Origin: Lactobacillus phage Lbab1
Sequence record: MT758689.1
Reading direction: 5' to 3' (one strand)
Length of the DNA stretch: 24,000 nt
Shown here piece by piece: positions 23,240 to 24,000 of this stretch; position 1 is the stretch's first letter, and each line of letters opens with the position of its first letter. The notes beneath the pieces are model-generated. The model worked only from the letters and a program-made list of their open reading frames with translations. It did not search any database and was not told the origin of the DNA. Made by a program: the position numbers and the translations under genes.

Positions 23240-23470
23240 TTACTTATCTTTAAGTTCCTTTAACCAGTATTCTGCAAACTCGTTCGCACGATCAAAATCA
23301 ATAGTGTCTTCATACTGGTCTGCGTCCAAATGGTTTGGTGCTAAGAAGTTCCAAACAACAGTACGACTAGCAGGTGCTCTAACAAGTGCCATAGCTAAAC
23401 TAATTCGATCGTTTTGACATTCCCTAATCCAGTCCCTTACTTCATCTGGGATATTAGTCATGCATATCAC
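23240..23470 (-). CDS. hypothetical protein, 76 aa (may start at MTNIPDEVRDW)
   Basis: ORF overlapping the end of the Dps-like gene. Confidence 0.7.
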   Translation of the reverse strand: MICMTNIPDEVRDWIRECQNDRISLAMALVRAPASRTVVWNFLAPNHLDADQYEDTIDFDRANEFAEYWLKELKDK

Positions 23471-23951
23471 TACTTTCTAAAGAAGACTCTGATGAAATCA
23501 TCCATAGATACTTTTCAATTGTGCCAATGTAAGAGTCAATTTGGGAACTCGTTGCCGTGTCCCTTGAATCAAGCTTTTCTCGTGCATCATAGAGCGCCTT
23601 ATCCAGCTCTGCTAGTACTACTTTAATGCCACTAATAGCATTGCTCATAGCATAAGGGCGAGATTCAATGCTTTTACTTGTTGCCAGCTTAAGAACTTCC
23701 TCGTAAGAATCAATGGGAATATCTCCTAACTGAACAATTCGTTCGGCTACCCAATCAACCATTTCATCAATTTCTTCTAAAGGATCATCCAAAAATGGGT
23801 GGTTGGCTAAGAACCCCTTCCCAAACATTGACCAATGAAGTCCCCAAATGATTTGGTGTGCCTGTTGCAATTCTGCTTGCAATTGTTTTAGTCCTTTGAT
23901 TTCATTACTACTTGCTTTCAATTTATTCTCTTCCTTTTCTCTATAATCCAA
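23454..23951 (-). CDS. Dps/ferritin-like protein, 165 aa, TTG start
   Basis: LQQAHQIIWGLHWSMFGKGFLANHPFLDDPLEEIDEMVDWVAERIVQLGDIPIDSYEEVLKLA matches the Dps fold signature. Confidence 0.8.
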   Translation of the reverse strand: MDYREKEENKLKASSNEIKGLKQLQAELQQAHQIIWGLHWSMFGKGFLANHPFLDDPLEEIDEMVDWVAERIVQLGDIPIDSYEEVLKLATSKSIESRPYAMSNAISGIKVVLAELDKALYDAREKLDSRDTATSSQIDSYIGTIEKYLWMISSESSLESSDMHD

Positions 23952-24000
23952 TAACGTAACTATTCCACTCTGCTAAGTTCCAAACTTCTGGCCCAACAAT

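Noticed and set aside
23454-23470. Extended start of ORF 23240..23470
   Set aside because: A 17-bp overlap is possible but the start at MTNIPDEVRDW is also plausible; not treated as a separate observation.

Overview
This window looks like the early/accessory region of a large, virulent-type phage of a low-GC Gram-positive host. A Lactobacillales SPO1-like myophage is my inference from gene style, sigma-A-type promoters and RNA content; no structural genes are present to confirm it. Positions ~465-5340 hold a + strand array of very small ORFs, many with their own TTGACA promoters, including three genes behind near-identical 77-bp promoter/leader/RBS cassettes. From 5779 to the end, genes run on the - strand. 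Recognisable - strand products are a DUF3850-like/zinc-ribbon protein, a second zinc-ribbon protein, a polynucleotide-kinase-like P-loop protein, an apparently catalytically intact TnpB with a typical IS200/IS605-like right-end hairpin, a Panacea/SocA-like protein, an AAA+ ATPase, an MqsA-type HTH protein and a Dps/ferritin-like protein. There are also several tRNAs, some with unusual anticodon or T-loops. The strongest candidate for an unusual system is ~14.5-16.5 kb (- strand). It is a 2-kb non-coding block with an extended -10 promoter and a boxA-like antitermination element. These are followed by a ~590-nt RNA whose ends pair over 29 contiguous positions (15840-15868 with 16401-16429), then an oversized tRNA-Leu-like gene and more structured sequence with tRNA-like elements. 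This architecture resembles the phage-borne ROOL/GOLLD classes of ornate large RNAs. That class assignment is an inference needing an Rfam covariance search.
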